A DNA stretch of 64,000 nucleotides, taken from assembly GCA_965204695.1 (NCBI GenBank), contig OZ242007.1, forward strand, positions 523,162 to 587,161. The letters are read 5' to 3'. Within the stretch, counting starts at the first letter, position 1; each line of letters starts with the position of its first letter. The position numbers and the translations under genes are program-made. Below the pieces are notes generated by a model. It had not been told where the DNA came from. It saw nothing but the letters and a program-made list of their open reading frames with translations, and ran no database searches. The DNA is from Arenicellales bacterium (GTDB lineage Bacteria; Pseudomonadota; Gammaproteobacteria; Arenicellales; JAHEKD01). Of this stretch, positions 17,358 through 27,622 are shown in pieces.

Positions 17358-18521
17358 TTAAGCTTGTGCAGTAGCTGCAACGGCTTTGTTAGCAGCATCA
17401 GCCAACGTATCAGCCACAATTAATGGTAAACCACTGTTAGATAAAATTTCTTTACCTTGTTCAAGATTAGTCCCGGCAAGTCTTACGATTACTGGCACAG
17501 TCAAATTTAATTTTTCAAATGCCTGGATAATGCCCTCGGCAATCCAATCACAACGATTGATTCCGGCAAAAATGTTGATTAAAACCACTTTGACATTTTT
17601 GTCTTTTAGCACCGTCTGAAAGGCCATACGAACACGATCAGGTGAGGCCCCGCCACCAATATCCAAAAAGTTAGCCGGTTCACCGCCTGCCAGTTTAATC
17701 ATGTCCATGGTTGCCATAGCCAGACCAGCACCGTTGATTATGCAACCAATGTCACCATCAAGGCCAACATAGTTTAAACCTCGATCTGCTGCATAGCTCT
17801 CACGTTGGTCTTCCTGTGATTTATCTCGCAGCTCAGAAATTTCAGGGCGGCGAAACAGTGCATTATCGTCAAATGACATTTTTGCATCCAATGCGTAAAG
17901 CTGATTATCGCTGGTTAGAATCAATGGATTGATTTCGACCATTTCGGCATCGTTATCAATAAATGCATCGTAACAACCTAACAAAAGATCAGACATAATG
18001 CGTACATGCTCACCCATACCGAGTTGATATGCTATTTTACGGGCATGAAAAGGTTTCATTCCTGTTGCCGCATCGACTGACATTTTCACCAGCGACTCTG
18101 GATGTTTCTCAGAAAGTTCCTCAATTTCCATACCACCTTGAGCCGATGCAACAATCATGATGCGCTCAGACTTTCTATCAAGCACAAAACCTAAATAAAT
18201 TTCTTGGACAATATCCATGCCCTCTTCAATATAAAGGCGTTGCACTAGTTTTCCACGAGGACCAGTTTGATGAGTGACCATGCTCGATCCGAGCATATCA
18301 GCGGCAGCATCTCTTATTTCTGAATCGCTTTTGCAAACTCTTACGCCCCCGGCTTTACCACGTGCGCCGGAATGAATCTGGGCTTTAACCACCCAGGCAT
18401 CACCACCAAGCTCAAATGCTCGATAGCCCGCTTGCTCAGGGCTATAAGCAATACCACCGCGAGGTACTGGCACACCATATTTGGCTAATATTTCTTTAGC
18501 CTGATATTCATGTATATCCAT
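17358..18521 (-). CDS. mtkA: Malate-CoA ligase (malate thiokinase) beta subunit, SucC family
   Basis: ATP-grasp N-terminus [22 protein letters not shown]. Length is 387 aa. The context argument is the same as for mtkB. Confidence 0.6.
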   Translation of the reverse strand: MDIHEYQAKEILAKYGVPVPRGGIAYSPEQAGYRAFELGGDAWVVKAQIHSGARGKAGGVRVCKSDSEIRDAAADMLGSSMVTHQTGPRGKLVQRLYIEEGMDIVQEIYLGFVLDRKSERIMIVASAQGGMEIEELSEKHPESLVKMSVDAATGMKPFHARKIAYQLGMGEHVRIMSDLLLGCYDAFIDNDAEMVEINPLILTSDNQLYALDAKMSFDDNALFRRPEISELRDKSQEDQRESYAADRGLNYVGLDGDIGCIINGAGLAMATMDMIKLAGGEPANFLDIGGGASPDRVRMAFQTVLKDKNVKVVLINIFAGINRCDWIAEGIIQAFEKLNLTVPVIVRLAGTNLEQGKEILSNSGLPLIVADTLADAANKAVAATAQA

Positions 18522-18543
18522 CGATTAATCCCTAGTGTGTTAC

Positions 18544-19488
18544 TTAACTTGAACGTGAAGCAATGGCTTCACCCATTTCAACTACGTTTTGAGCCATGCG
18601 AGCTGATGCTGCATCAATCATACGCCCGTCTAGTTGAGCTGCACCTTTACCTTGGCTGGCTGCTTCTTCTAGTGCGGCAAGCATCCTTGTTGCTTTGGTT
18701 AATTCTGCTTCTGATGGACTGAACGCTTCGTTAGCGAGATCGATTTGGCTGGGATGGATGGCCCACTTTCCCTCAACGCCTAAGGCAGCCGCACGTTTCG
18801 CAGCATCCACATATCCCGTTGGATCATTAAAGTCTCCAAACGGCCCGTCAATGGCTCTAAGGCCATAAGCGCGACATGCTACCACCATTCGCGAGATTGC
18901 AGAATGCCATTGGTCACCAGGATAGTTTGGATTTAATCCACCAATGTTAACTGTGCGTGCTCGATTACTGGCAGCATAGTCAGCCACTCCAAAATGAAGT
19001 GCTTCCAAACGTCCTCCAAAACTAGCAATCGCCTCGACATTAGCCATGCCTAAGGCCGTTTCAATCAACGCTTCAAGCCCAATTTGATGCGGCAAGCCTT
19101 TTGCAACTTCGATCTGTGAGATCATTACCTCAACCGTGTATAAATCTGCAGGAACACCTACTTTAGGTACAAGAATCGTATCCAGGTGCTGACCTGCTTG
19201 CTCGACGATATCCACCACATCGCGATACATGTAATGGGTATCCAAACCATTAATCCGAATCGAAACCGTTTTACCTGAGCCCTTCCAATCAAGATCATTC
19301 AAAGCCTGAATAATGTTTTCTCTGGCGACAAGTTTTTCATCAGGTGATACAGCGTCTTCCAAATCTAAAAAGATATAGTCCACATCTGAACTAATTGCTT
19401 TTTCGATCATGGTTGGGTTAGAACCAGGCACCGCTAATTCACTTCGTTGTAACCTGAATTTCTTAGTTTTATGAAGGGTGTAACTCAT
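18544..19488 (-). CDS. mcl: L-malyl-CoA / beta-methylmalyl-CoA lyase (HpcH/CitE fold)
   Basis: Motifs RSELAVPGSNPTMIEKA, FLDLEDAV and NPNYPGDQWH are typical of Mcl-type lyases. Length is 314 aa. Confidence 0.75.
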   Translation of the reverse strand: MSYTLHKTKKFRLQRSELAVPGSNPTMIEKAISSDVDYIFLDLEDAVSPDEKLVARENIIQALNDLDWKGSGKTVSIRINGLDTHYMYRDVVDIVEQAGQHLDTILVPKVGVPADLYTVEVMISQIEVAKGLPHQIGLEALIETALGMANVEAIASFGGRLEALHFGVADYAASNRARTVNIGGLNPNYPGDQWHSAISRMVVACRAYGLRAIDGPFGDFNDPTGYVDAAKRAAALGVEGKWAIHPSQIDLANEAFSPSEAELTKATRMLAALEEAASQGKGAAQLDGRMIDAASARMAQNVVEMGEAIASRSS

Positions 19489-19649
19489 TTCTCATCGCTC
19501 CCATGAGGTGATCTATTAATTTGCGATATTAATACATCCATAAATTAATCAAATAGACTGGATGTTCAGTATACGACTTAAAAAATCGAATACCCGTCAA
19601 TTTTATAAATTCAAAGCCATAATCCGAAAAATAAAAAGCTAAGAACTTT

Positions 19650-19693
19650 AAAGGAATACAAAGCGGCACATTTTCGACCTAAAGTTGTGCCAC
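19650..19693 (-). terminator. Candidate Rho-independent terminator of the thrC-like gene
   Basis: Minus-strand RNA: GUGGCACA-15 nt-UGUGCCGC (8 bp including one G.U pair), followed by UUUGUAUUCCUUU. Confidence 0.4.
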
Positions 19694-19801
19694 TTAGCAA
19701 TCAGTTAAATGAAACTCTCCGCTGTAAACGGCGGGGCACTTATTTTGCTTTGCAAAATGTATCCCGTGGCAAGCTACAGGGAATTTAAACCTCGCTAGCG
19801 A

Positions 19802-21025
19802 TTAAAAGATCGAATAGTCGACCTGATGATTTTTGTCCAGATCATTATCAACTGCCGCCATTGGATATTTCAGTCCTGTAGCACAGTTATAAAGCACTGC
19901 CGTATCATCTTGACTGATTAAACCCTGCTTTAATGCATTTTTGTAAGCAACCGCTGTCGCTGCGCCCTCTGGACAAAGCAACAGACCATCTTCTTTAGCA
20001 ATATGGTCTCTAACCTCAGCTATTTCTTCATCAGAAACCATCATGCCAAAGCCATCAGACTCACGGACAGCACGAATTATTAAAAAATCTCCAACTGCTA
20101 TCGGAACACGGATTCCAGCCGCAAAAGTATGAGCGTTTTCCCAAAGCGGTGCATGCTCTTCACCATCCTGCCAGGCTTTAACAATAGGTGCACATCCCTC
20201 GGCTTGAACGGCCACCATTTTGGGCAGCTTGCAATCAATCCAACCCATTTCTTTTAGCTCATGGAAGGCTTTCCACATACCAATTAGACCTGTGCCACCG
20301 CCAGTCGGGTAGAAAATCACGTCTGGCAAATTCCAACCCATTTGCTCGGCCAGTTCTAAACCCATGGTTTTTTTACCTTCAATTCGATAAGGCTCTTTTA
20401 GCGTAGATGTATCGAACCAACCAACGGATTCTTTACCTTCACCCACAATCTTGCCACAGTCATTAATTAATCCGTTGACCTTCCAAACTTGTGCACCCTG
20501 CTGTTGGATTTCACGAATATTGATATCCGGTGTATCTTCCGGACAGAATACGGTTGCCTTTTGTCCAGCACGTCGAGCATAAGCTGCCATTGCCGCACCT
20601 GCATTACCGTTTGTTGGGATTGCCAAATGTTCAATACCAAACTCTTTAGCCATCGAAACGGCCAAACAAAGCCCACGCGCTTTAAATGATCCTGTAGGTA
20701 GTCGACCTTCGTCTTTAACAATTGCTTTACCAGGTAAAGCCCCTAGACCTGGAGCGGATAAATTAAGATCAATTAATGGGGTAACAACTTCGCCTAATGA
20801 AACTCGGTTTTCAGGATTAGCCACAGGCAACATGGATGAATAACGCCAAAAACCGGGCTCAGCGGAATTAGCGATATCCTCTTTGCTAACTTCGGCCGCT
20901 AATCTTTGCAAATCATAGCGAACTACCAACGGCCGACCCACCTCGGAAAGACCATGCACTTGACCAGCCGGATATTCTTTACCAGTCATTGAACATTCAA
21001 GATGGGTGACATAAGTCTTAGTCAT
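19802..21025 (-). CDS. thrC: Threonine-synthase-family PLP enzyme
   Basis: PLP-lysine motif GSFKARG plus IPTNGNAGAAMAAYA. Length is 407 aa. The N-terminus (HLECSMTGKEY) resembles the ThrC/cysteate-synthase-like subgroup. Confidence 0.65.
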   Translation of the reverse strand: MTKTYVTHLECSMTGKEYPAGQVHGLSEVGRPLVVRYDLQRLAAEVSKEDIANSAEPGFWRYSSMLPVANPENRVSLGEVVTPLIDLNLSAPGLGALPGKAIVKDEGRLPTGSFKARGLCLAVSMAKEFGIEHLAIPTNGNAGAAMAAYARRAGQKATVFCPEDTPDINIREIQQQGAQVWKVNGLINDCGKIVGEGKESVGWFDTSTLKEPYRIEGKKTMGLELAEQMGWNLPDVIFYPTGGGTGLIGMWKAFHELKEMGWIDCKLPKMVAVQAEGCAPIVKAWQDGEEHAPLWENAHTFAAGIRVPIAVGDFLIIRAVRESDGFGMMVSDEEIAEVRDHIAKEDGLLLCPEGAATAVAYKNALKQGLISQDDTAVLYNCATGLKYPMAAVDNDLDKNHQVDYSIF

Positions 21026-21146
21026 AATTAGTCTTCCTAAAATACTGAATTAGTGGTTATAAGCCTTGTAGAGTGAATCTGCCAAGTAAGCTCAACAAAA
21101 ATAAAATCAAACGTAAAAATATCTAAATTGGAGTGGATTTTACAGT

Positions 21147-21593
21147 TTAGTTATTCATGTAATAGTTCCAATTTTGAAATTCGTTACTGTACAGATAACC
21201 AAACTTTTTATACAAACCTTGGGCAACATGGTTGTCCTGTGCTGTTTGTAAATCTATTCGACCAGCCCCCACACTATTGGCTTCTTGCCGTGCTCGATCT
21301 AATAAAGCAAATCCCACTCCTACACCTCTGATACTTTGGTCGACAAATAAATCATAAAGCACCAATATTTTTATCATCTCAACTGAGCAAAAAGTTGGAT
21401 AAAGCTGAGTAAAACCGACAGGTTTGTCATTTATCAATGCTAAAAAGATTGTCGATTCATTGTTGGTCAAACGATCATGAATAAAGCTTCTGGCTAATTC
21501 CAAATCACCTGACTGCTGATAAAATTCACGATAGGCGTTAAATAATGGAACTACCAATTCAAGATCATTGACGTTGGCTCTAATAATTTTCAT
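21147..21593 (-). CDS. GNAT-family N-acetyltransferase
   Basis: Acetyl-CoA binding motif QSIRGVGVGFALL. Length is 148 aa. Confidence 0.85.
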   Translation of the reverse strand: MKIIRANVNDLELVVPLFNAYREFYQQSGDLELARSFIHDRLTNNESTIFLALINDKPVGFTQLYPTFCSVEMIKILVLYDLFVDQSIRGVGVGFALLDRARQEANSVGAGRIDLQTAQDNHVAQGLYKKFGYLYSNEFQNWNYYMNN

Positions 21594-21594
21594 A

Positions 21595-22377
21595 CTAATC
21601 TAGCTTACATCCTCTAAAGTGATGTGGGCAATGCTCACCTGATTGTAAAACCTTAACCATAGCCGTCCAGGTATCAATATTTGCTTGTAACAAATCTACA
21701 CCTATTGCTTGTTCAAATTCTTGCCGTCTTGGACCGGTTAATTCAGCCAGCTCTTGCTTAGCCTGTTCGAAATACCAGGAGTTTCGGTTGAATAACGAAA
21801 TATCGCTAAACCCAGCATTTTCTAATGCCCTTTGATAACGCACCGGCGAGGCCATGGCAAATTCAAGCCCTTCCAGTTCGATATACTGTTTCATCTGTGG
21901 TGTGGGCTCATCGTCATGTGAAATCAACCAATCTGATGCCACAAACCAACCATTAGGCTTTAAAACTCGAAAGGCTTGTTCTGCCAAGGTTTCCTTATCA
22001 GAAATATGAATTATCGAATCCTTGCTGAAAACAACGTCAAATTCAGAATCATCAAAAGGGAATGGACCTGGTGCGACTTTTTGAATCTCGACTCGATCTG
22101 AGAATCCTGCTTCATCAACAAGTTTACGAGCCGTCTCACAAACCGGCTCCTCTACATCAATACCAACAACTCGCGCTGCACCGTAATCACGAGCTAACGA
22201 CAGCGTTATGCCGCCAGCCCCGCAACCAATATCTAAAACTTTTTTCTCGTTTAAATCCAGGCCAGTCAACAACCTGGCAACTTCTTCCGGACCACCGGGA
22301 GATAGATAACCTTCTCCCCAGATTAATTCTAAGAAGTTAATACTTTGTTTATCGTATAGGTTTTCGCCGTGACTCAT
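21595..22377 (-). CDS. Class I SAM-dependent methyltransferase, phosphoethanolamine-N-methyltransferase-like
   Basis: Motif I VLDIGCGAGG, preceded by INFLELIWGEGYLSPGGPEE. From memory, this block and the 260-aa length parallel PMT/PEAMT-type enzymes. Confidence 0.6.
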   Translation of the reverse strand: MSHGENLYDKQSINFLELIWGEGYLSPGGPEEVARLLTGLDLNEKKVLDIGCGAGGITLSLARDYGAARVVGIDVEEPVCETARKLVDEAGFSDRVEIQKVAPGPFPFDDSEFDVVFSKDSIIHISDKETLAEQAFRVLKPNGWFVASDWLISHDDEPTPQMKQYIELEGLEFAMASPVRYQRALENAGFSDISLFNRNSWYFEQAKQELAELTGPRRQEFEQAIGVDLLQANIDTWTAMVKVLQSGEHCPHHFRGCKLD

Positions 22378-22410
22378 GTTCTAAAAGTTTTACCAATTGA
22401 TTTAGTTCTC

Positions 22411-22488
22411 CTTGTCATCCCACACCCATCTGGGCATAAAAGACGCTTTAGCATCCCTTGCAAGCAAGGATAAACGTTGAGAATCTCC
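22411..22488 (+). repeat. Copy of the dispersed intergenic repeat family (long form)
   Basis: Sequence cttgtcatcccacacccatctgggcataaaag...ccttgcaagcaagg...gagaatctcc. It shares both termini and the first ~32 nt with the copy at 12392-12439. Confidence 0.7.
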
Positions 22489-22564
22489 AAAATACTGTTT
22501 GGGCACTGGTTAACACCACCACTTTCTAAATTACCACTAAATAGCATAGATCATCACTAATCGA

Positions 22565-22726
22565 TTAATGCACGGTATCTGAGTTATCGATTAAACAGGA
22601 CAGCTCCTAACTGGTCAATTAATGCACGATATCCGAATTCTTGGTTAAACAGGATGGTTTCTGGTCGGTAAGTCAATGCACGACATCTGAATTATCATCG
22701 TCTTCACTATCAGCACTTGGTTCCAC
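22565..22726. repeat. Three 54-bp tandem units; the third is the last 17 codons plus stop of gyrA
   Basis: Units start at 22565, 22619 and 22673. Each begins, on the plus strand, t(t/c)aatgcacg(g/a/a)(t/t/c)atc(t/c/t)ga(g/a/a)tt. On the minus strand they read ..DNSDTVH*, ..KNSDIVH* and ..DDNSDVVH*. Confidence 0.8.
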
Positions 22727-25258
22727 AATTTTACCGATGCTAATTAGTTTTTCATCTTCACTAAGGTTAATCAAACGCACGCCTTGGGTGTTGCGACCAA
22801 TCACTGATATCTCTTTAACTCTGGTCCGTATTAACACACCACCATCAGTAATCAACATCACTTCATCTTCTTCGGCAACCAATTCAGCACCAACGATTTT
22901 ACCGTTACGCTCACTTGCCTGAATTGATATAACACCTTTACCACCGCGACCCTTAGTTGGATATTCAACTAACGCTGTGCGTTTACCGTAACCATTCTCT
23001 GAGCTTGTTAATACAGCGATAGATTCCTCATCAGCATCACCGGGCACCGTAATCAAGCTAATAGCCTTATCATTTTTACCCAGATTAATCCCTCTGACTC
23101 CTCGGGCGGTACGGCCCATTGCTCTTACCTTTTCTTCATTAAAGCGTACCGATTTGCCTGCATCACTGAACAACATGATGTCATAGTTACCATCAGTTAT
23201 GCTGACACCAATCAATTGATCATCTTCGAGCAAATCAATCGCACGAATGCCACTAGAGCGTGGTCTAGAAAAGTCGGTTAACTGACACTTTTTGACTGTA
23301 CCGTTCTGTGTGGCCATCACAATAAAATGGTCTTCGTCATATTCACGAATTGGCAGCACAGTAGTAATTTTTTCGTTTTCTTCAAGTGGTAGTAAGTTCA
23401 CTAATGGTTTACCGCGAGCTGCTCGCCCCGCTTGTGGCATTTGAAATACACGCAACCAATACACTTGCCCACGATCAGAAAAACACAAAACGGTGTCATG
23501 AGTGCTGGCCACAAACATGTGGCTGACAAAATCTTCATCCTTGGTTTTTGTTGCCGTTTTACCACGCCCGCCACGGCGTTGTGCACGATAATCTGAAATG
23601 GGTTGAGACTTGGCGTAACCCGAATGAGAAATCGTCACCACCACATCTTCTTCGACTATCAAATCCTCATCATTTAAATCAATAGCCGATTCTTCAATCT
23701 CAGTCCTGCGTTGATCTCCGAATTTGTCTCGAATTTCAACCAATTCTTCTCTGATGACTTGCATCAAGCGTTCACTACGAGTGAGAATGTCCATTAAATC
23801 TTCAATTTGATCCAGGAGATCTTTATATTCGCTATGAATTTTTTCCTGTTCAAGACCGGTTAAACGATGCAACCTAAGCTCAAGAATAGCCTGAGCTTGG
23901 GTTTCGGATAATAGGTAACCTTTATCCGATAAACCAAATTCTTTTGACAGATCCTCGGGCCTGGAGGAATCAGCACCTGAGCGTTCTAACATAGGTAAAA
24001 CCACACCAGGTTGCCAATACTGTGCTAATAATTTAACTTTAGCTTCGGCTGCATTGGGCGATTTTTTGATTAAAGTAATGATCTCATCAATGTTGCTTAA
24101 AGCAACCGCCAAACCTTCCAAAATATGAGCACGATCACGAGCTTTGCGCACCTCAAATATTGTTCTGCGGGTAACAATCTCACGCCGGTGGCGAATGAAT
24201 TCCTCTAATAATTCTTTAAGATTGAAAAGTTTGGGTTGGTTATTAATTAGGGCAACAATGTTAATCCCAAATACTGATTGCATTTGAGTATTACGGTAAA
24301 GGTGGTTCAAAACCACTTCCGCCACCTCACCGCGCTTTAATTCGATAACCATACGCATGCCTTGTTTATCAGACTCATCACGCAGGCCTGAGATTCCTTC
24401 CAGCCTTTTGTTTTTAACCAGCTCAGCAATTTTTTCAAGTAAGCGGGCTTTATTAACCTGGTAAGGCAATTCGGTAACAATGATACTCTGACGCGATGTT
24501 TTTTCGTCTGTTTCTATTTCAACTCGCGCTCTGACATAAATTTTACCTCGGCCATTACGATAAGCATCCAATATACCCTTACGACCATTGATTATTCCTG
24601 CAGTGGGAAAGTCCGGCCCAGGAATATGCTCCATTAATGTTTCAGTACTGATGTTTTCATCGTCTATCAAAGCCAGGCAACCACCAATAACTTCGGATAA
24701 ATTATGTGGTGGCACATTGGTTGCCATACCAACTGCAATGCCGGTAGAGCCATTGACTAATAAATTAGGAACACGGGTAGGAAGAATTAACGGCTGTGTT
24801 TCTGTCTCATCATAATTAGGCCCGAAGTCGACTGTTTCTTTTTCAATATCTGCTAATAACTCGTGGGCAATTCGTGATAATCGAATCTCTGTATATCGCA
24901 TCGCTGCTGGAGAATCACCATCGACCGAACCAAAGTTACCCTGACCGTCAATTAACGGATAGCGCATGGAAAAATCCTGCGCCATACGCACAATCGCATC
25001 ATAGACAGCCGTATCACCATGGGGGTGATATTTACCAATCACATCACCAACAATTCTGGCTGATTTTTTATAGGCCTTATTCCAATCATTTCCAAGCTCT
25101 GACATGGCATAAAGCACACGGCGATGAACTGGCTTGAGTCCATCTCTGACATCAGGCAATGCCCGCCCGACGATGACACTCATGGCGTAGTCGAGATAGG
25201 ATTGACGCATCTCCTGTTCAAGGTCTGCGGAAAGGGTTTCTTTTGCGATTTGATCCAT
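22673..25258 (-). CDS. gyrA: DNA gyrase subunit A
   Basis: Motifs [13 protein letters not shown] (QRDR) and [10 protein letters not shown] (active-site Tyr). Length is 861 aa, with an acidic C-terminal tail. Confidence 0.97.
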   Translation of the reverse strand: MDQIAKETLSADLEQEMRQSYLDYAMSVIVGRALPDVRDGLKPVHRRVLYAMSELGNDWNKAYKKSARIVGDVIGKYHPHGDTAVYDAIVRMAQDFSMRYPLIDGQGNFGSVDGDSPAAMRYTEIRLSRIAHELLADIEKETVDFGPNYDETETQPLILPTRVPNLLVNGSTGIAVGMATNVPPHNLSEVIGGCLALIDDENISTETLMEHIPGPDFPTAGIINGRKGILDAYRNGRGKIYVRARVEIETDEKTSRQSIIVTELPYQVNKARLLEKIAELVKNKRLEGISGLRDESDKQGMRMVIELKRGEVAEVVLNHLYRNTQMQSVFGINIVALINNQPKLFNLKELLEEFIRHRREIVTRRTIFEVRKARDRAHILEGLAVALSNIDEIITLIKKSPNAAEAKVKLLAQYWQPGVVLPMLERSGADSSRPEDLSKEFGLSDKGYLLSETQAQAILELRLHRLTGLEQEKIHSEYKDLLDQIEDLMDILTRSERLMQVIREELVEIRDKFGDQRRTEIEESAIDLNDEDLIVEEDVVVTISHSGYAKSQPISDYRAQRRGGRGKTATKTKDEDFVSHMFVASTHDTVLCFSDRGQVYWLRVFQMPQAGRAARGKPLVNLLPLEENEKITTVLPIREYDEDHFIVMATQNGTVKKCQLTDFSRPRSSGIRAIDLLEDDQLIGVSITDGNYDIMLFSDAGKSVRFNEEKVRAMGRTARGVRGINLGKNDKAISLITVPGDADEESIAVLTSSENGYGKRTALVEYPTKGRGGKGVISIQASERNGKIVGAELVAEEDEVMLITDGGVLIRTRVKEISVIGRNTQGVRLINLSEDEKLISIGKIVEPSADSEDDDNSDVVH

Positions 25259-25587
25259 GTAGCTATTAATACTAGGTTGTTTTATTCGATGCGGTTAGAA
25301 TGGAACGCTAGCAGATTTTAATGGTCTACCCCGGTACCATTTGATTTGAAATTTTCAGTTATTAGGGTCCTAAAAATTGGTAGTTTTTTGCCTAAAAATA
25401 CAAGACAAAATTATACCATGATGAGCATTAAAATACTTATCGGTTTAGGGATAATTTTTGATATTTATGCTTAATGATTTATTTATTAATAATAAATAGT
25501 TAAGGTAATTTATTAATGTTGTTTGTTAATTTAATTTTCAAGCTGAATTAGCGAATGAAACGATTAGAAAAAAGATAGATAGATTCA

Positions 25588-26910
25588 ATGACAAATTCAG
25601 CTTCAAATGAGTTAATTATTGCGAAATGGATCGTACCCATGGAAGGCCAAAAAACCATTTTGACTGACCACTGTTTAGTAAAAAATGGCCACCTAATCGA
25701 ACAGATTCTGCCTGTTGAAAAAGCGTTTCGTATCTATCCAAGTCATAACAGGATTGAATTAAATAATCATGTTTTGTTACCTGGACTAATTAATTGCCAT
25801 ACCCATGCAGCGATGACTTTATTCCGTGGTATTGCCGATGATATTCCGCTTAAATCCTGGCTAGAAAATCACATTTGGCCATTAGAAAGTCAATTCGTGA
25901 CTGCTGAATTTGTCAGAGTTGGTACCAGCCTTGCCATCGCTGAGATGATCCAAAGCGGTACAACCTGTTTTAATGACATGTACTTTTTTCCAGATGTCGT
26001 TGCTCAAACAGCCGAATCTTTGAATATGCGAGCAGCGGTTGGGATGATTATGTTGGACTTCCCCACTGTTTGGGCCAGTGGTCCTGAGGAATATTTGAGT
26101 AAAGGCTTAAAGCTTGCTGACGAATTAAAATACTCGTCACTAATTAGTCCAACCTTTGCCCCGCATGCGCCCTACACTGTTTCTGACGAACCATTAAAAC
26201 GCATTCGTGTATTAGCTGATGAATTAGATTTACCTGTGCATATGCATATTCACGAAACTCAGTTTGAAACCGAACAATCAATTGATCAATATGGTATGCG
26301 GCCGCTAGAACGACTAAGTAATCTTGGATTACTTTCTCCCCGTCTTATCGCTGTCCACATGGTACACCTGTTAAGTGAGGAAATTCAGAGTCTAGCCGAG
26401 CTTGGTGTCAATATCCTGCATTGTCCGGAAGCAAATTTAAAATTAGCCAGTGGCATTAGCCCAATCAAGCAGTGCATGGATGCTGGAATCAACATTGCGC
26501 TGGGCACCGATGGTGTGGCCAGTAATAATGATTTAAATATGCTTGGTGAATTACGCACAGCCGCGCTGCTGGCCAAAGGTGCATCTTTAGATGCGGAAAC
26601 TGTTAATGCCTGGCAAGCATTAGAAATGGCTACTATTAATTCAGCCAAAGCACTAAATATAGACTCAGTATGTGGCTCACTAGAAAGTGGTAAAAGTGCA
26701 GATATGATAGCGATTGATTTATCTGATTTGCATTGCCAACCGGTTTATAACCCGGTTTCACACATCGTTTATTGCGCATCACGTTCGCAAATCAGCCATA
26801 ATTGGGTAGAAGGGAAGCTACTCATGGAGAATCGCCAGTTAACACAGATTGATACCGAGCAATTGCTTGAACAAGTCACTGAGATTAGCCAGAATATCTC
26901 CTCGCATTGA
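25588..26910 (+). CDS. mtaD: 5-methylthioadenosine/S-adenosylhomocysteine deaminase (TRZ/ATZ amidohydrolase)
   Basis: Metal-binding motif [13 protein letters not shown]. Length is 440 aa. It lies directly upstream of ubiG, as in Pseudomonas-type gene order. Confidence 0.75.
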   Translation: MTNSASNELIIAKWIVPMEGQKTILTDHCLVKNGHLIEQILPVEKAFRIYPSHNRIELNNHVLLPGLINCHTHAAMTLFRGIADDIPLKSWLENHIWPLESQFVTAEFVRVGTSLAIAEMIQSGTTCFNDMYFFPDVVAQTAESLNMRAAVGMIMLDFPTVWASGPEEYLSKGLKLADELKYSSLISPTFAPHAPYTVSDEPLKRIRVLADELDLPVHMHIHETQFETEQSIDQYGMRPLERLSNLGLLSPRLIAVHMVHLLSEEIQSLAELGVNILHCPEANLKLASGISPIKQCMDAGINIALGTDGVASNNDLNMLGELRTAALLAKGASLDAETVNAWQALEMATINSAKALNIDSVCGSLESGKSADMIAIDLSDLHCQPVYNPVSHIVYCASRSQISHNWVEGKLLMENRQLTQIDTEQLLEQVTEISQNISSH

Positions 26911-26923
26911 TAATCAGATTAAG

Positions 26924-27622
26924 ATGAATACTAATGTAGATCATTCAGAACTGGACAAATTTAATTCTGTTGCGTCCAGATGGTGGGATCCGCAAGGCGA
27001 ATTCAAACCTTTGCACCGAATGAATCCCTTGCGCTTACATTACATTAATTCAAGAACACCACTTAAGGAACAATCTGTACTGGATGTGGGTTGTGGTGGT
27101 GGTTTGTTATCGGAAGCTATGGCTGCTGTAGGTGCAAACGTTATAGGCATTGACTTGGCTACGGATGCGCTTGAAGTCGCCAAGCTTCATTTACTAGAAA
27201 GTGGCTATGATATCGAATATCAACAGATTGCTATAGAAGAGCTAACACAGCACAAACCCACACAGTTCGATGTCATCACCTGTTTGGAAATGCTGGAACA
27301 TGTACCTGAACCTGCATCGGTAATTAATGCTTGTGCAGAGCTAGTTAAACCCGGTGGAAGTGTTTATTTCTCTACTATCAATCGCACTGCCAAATCTTAT
27401 TTGATGGCTATCGTTGGAGCTGAATATGTACTCAAGTTGCTACCTAAAGGTACTCACGAACATAAAAAATTCATTCGCCCTTCTGAACTTGATCAGTGGG
27501 CACGTCATAGTGGTCTAATGCTTAAGCATTCCACCGGAATACACTTCAATCCTGTAACCGAACAATTCTGGCTAGCACCTAATTTGGATGTTAATTACAT
27601 CAGCTGGTTTGTTAAATCATGA
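26924..27622 (+). CDS. ubiG: Ubiquinone biosynthesis O-methyltransferase
   Basis: Motifs [19 protein letters not shown] and [15 protein letters not shown]. The start is set at ATG 26924; the track ORF begins inside mtaD. Confidence 0.9.
   Translation: MNTNVDHSELDKFNSVASRWWDPQGEFKPLHRMNPLRLHYINSRTPLKEQSVLDVGCGGGLLSEAMAAVGANVIGIDLATDALEVAKLHLLESGYDIEYQQIAIEELTQHKPTQFDVITCLEMLEHVPEPASVINACAELVKPGGSVYFSTINRTAKSYLMAIVGAEYVLKLLPKGTHEHKKFIRPSELDQWARHSGLMLKHSTGIHFNPVTEQFWLAPNLDVNYISWFVKS

Noticed and set aside
16449-18521. Calling these two genes housekeeping succinyl-CoA synthetase (sucDC).
   Set aside because: They are sandwiched between a malyl-CoA lyase and a glyoxylate aminotransferase, with no sucAB or lpd genes, so malate thiokinase is the better contextual call. 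I cannot exclude sucCD from the sequence alone, so the confidence is moderate.
22565-22726. The 54-bp tandem repeats, considered as a possible CRISPR-like array.
   Set aside because: The units are contiguous with no unique spacers, there are only three of them, they are degenerate, and one is the coding end of gyrA. No cas genes are present in the window.
25369-25399. A direct repeat, cctaaaaat ... cctaaaaat, in the gyrA-mtaD divergent promoter region.
   Set aside because: It is a 9-nt repeat in extremely AT-rich DNA, so it could easily arise by chance. I could not define any supporting promoter geometry.
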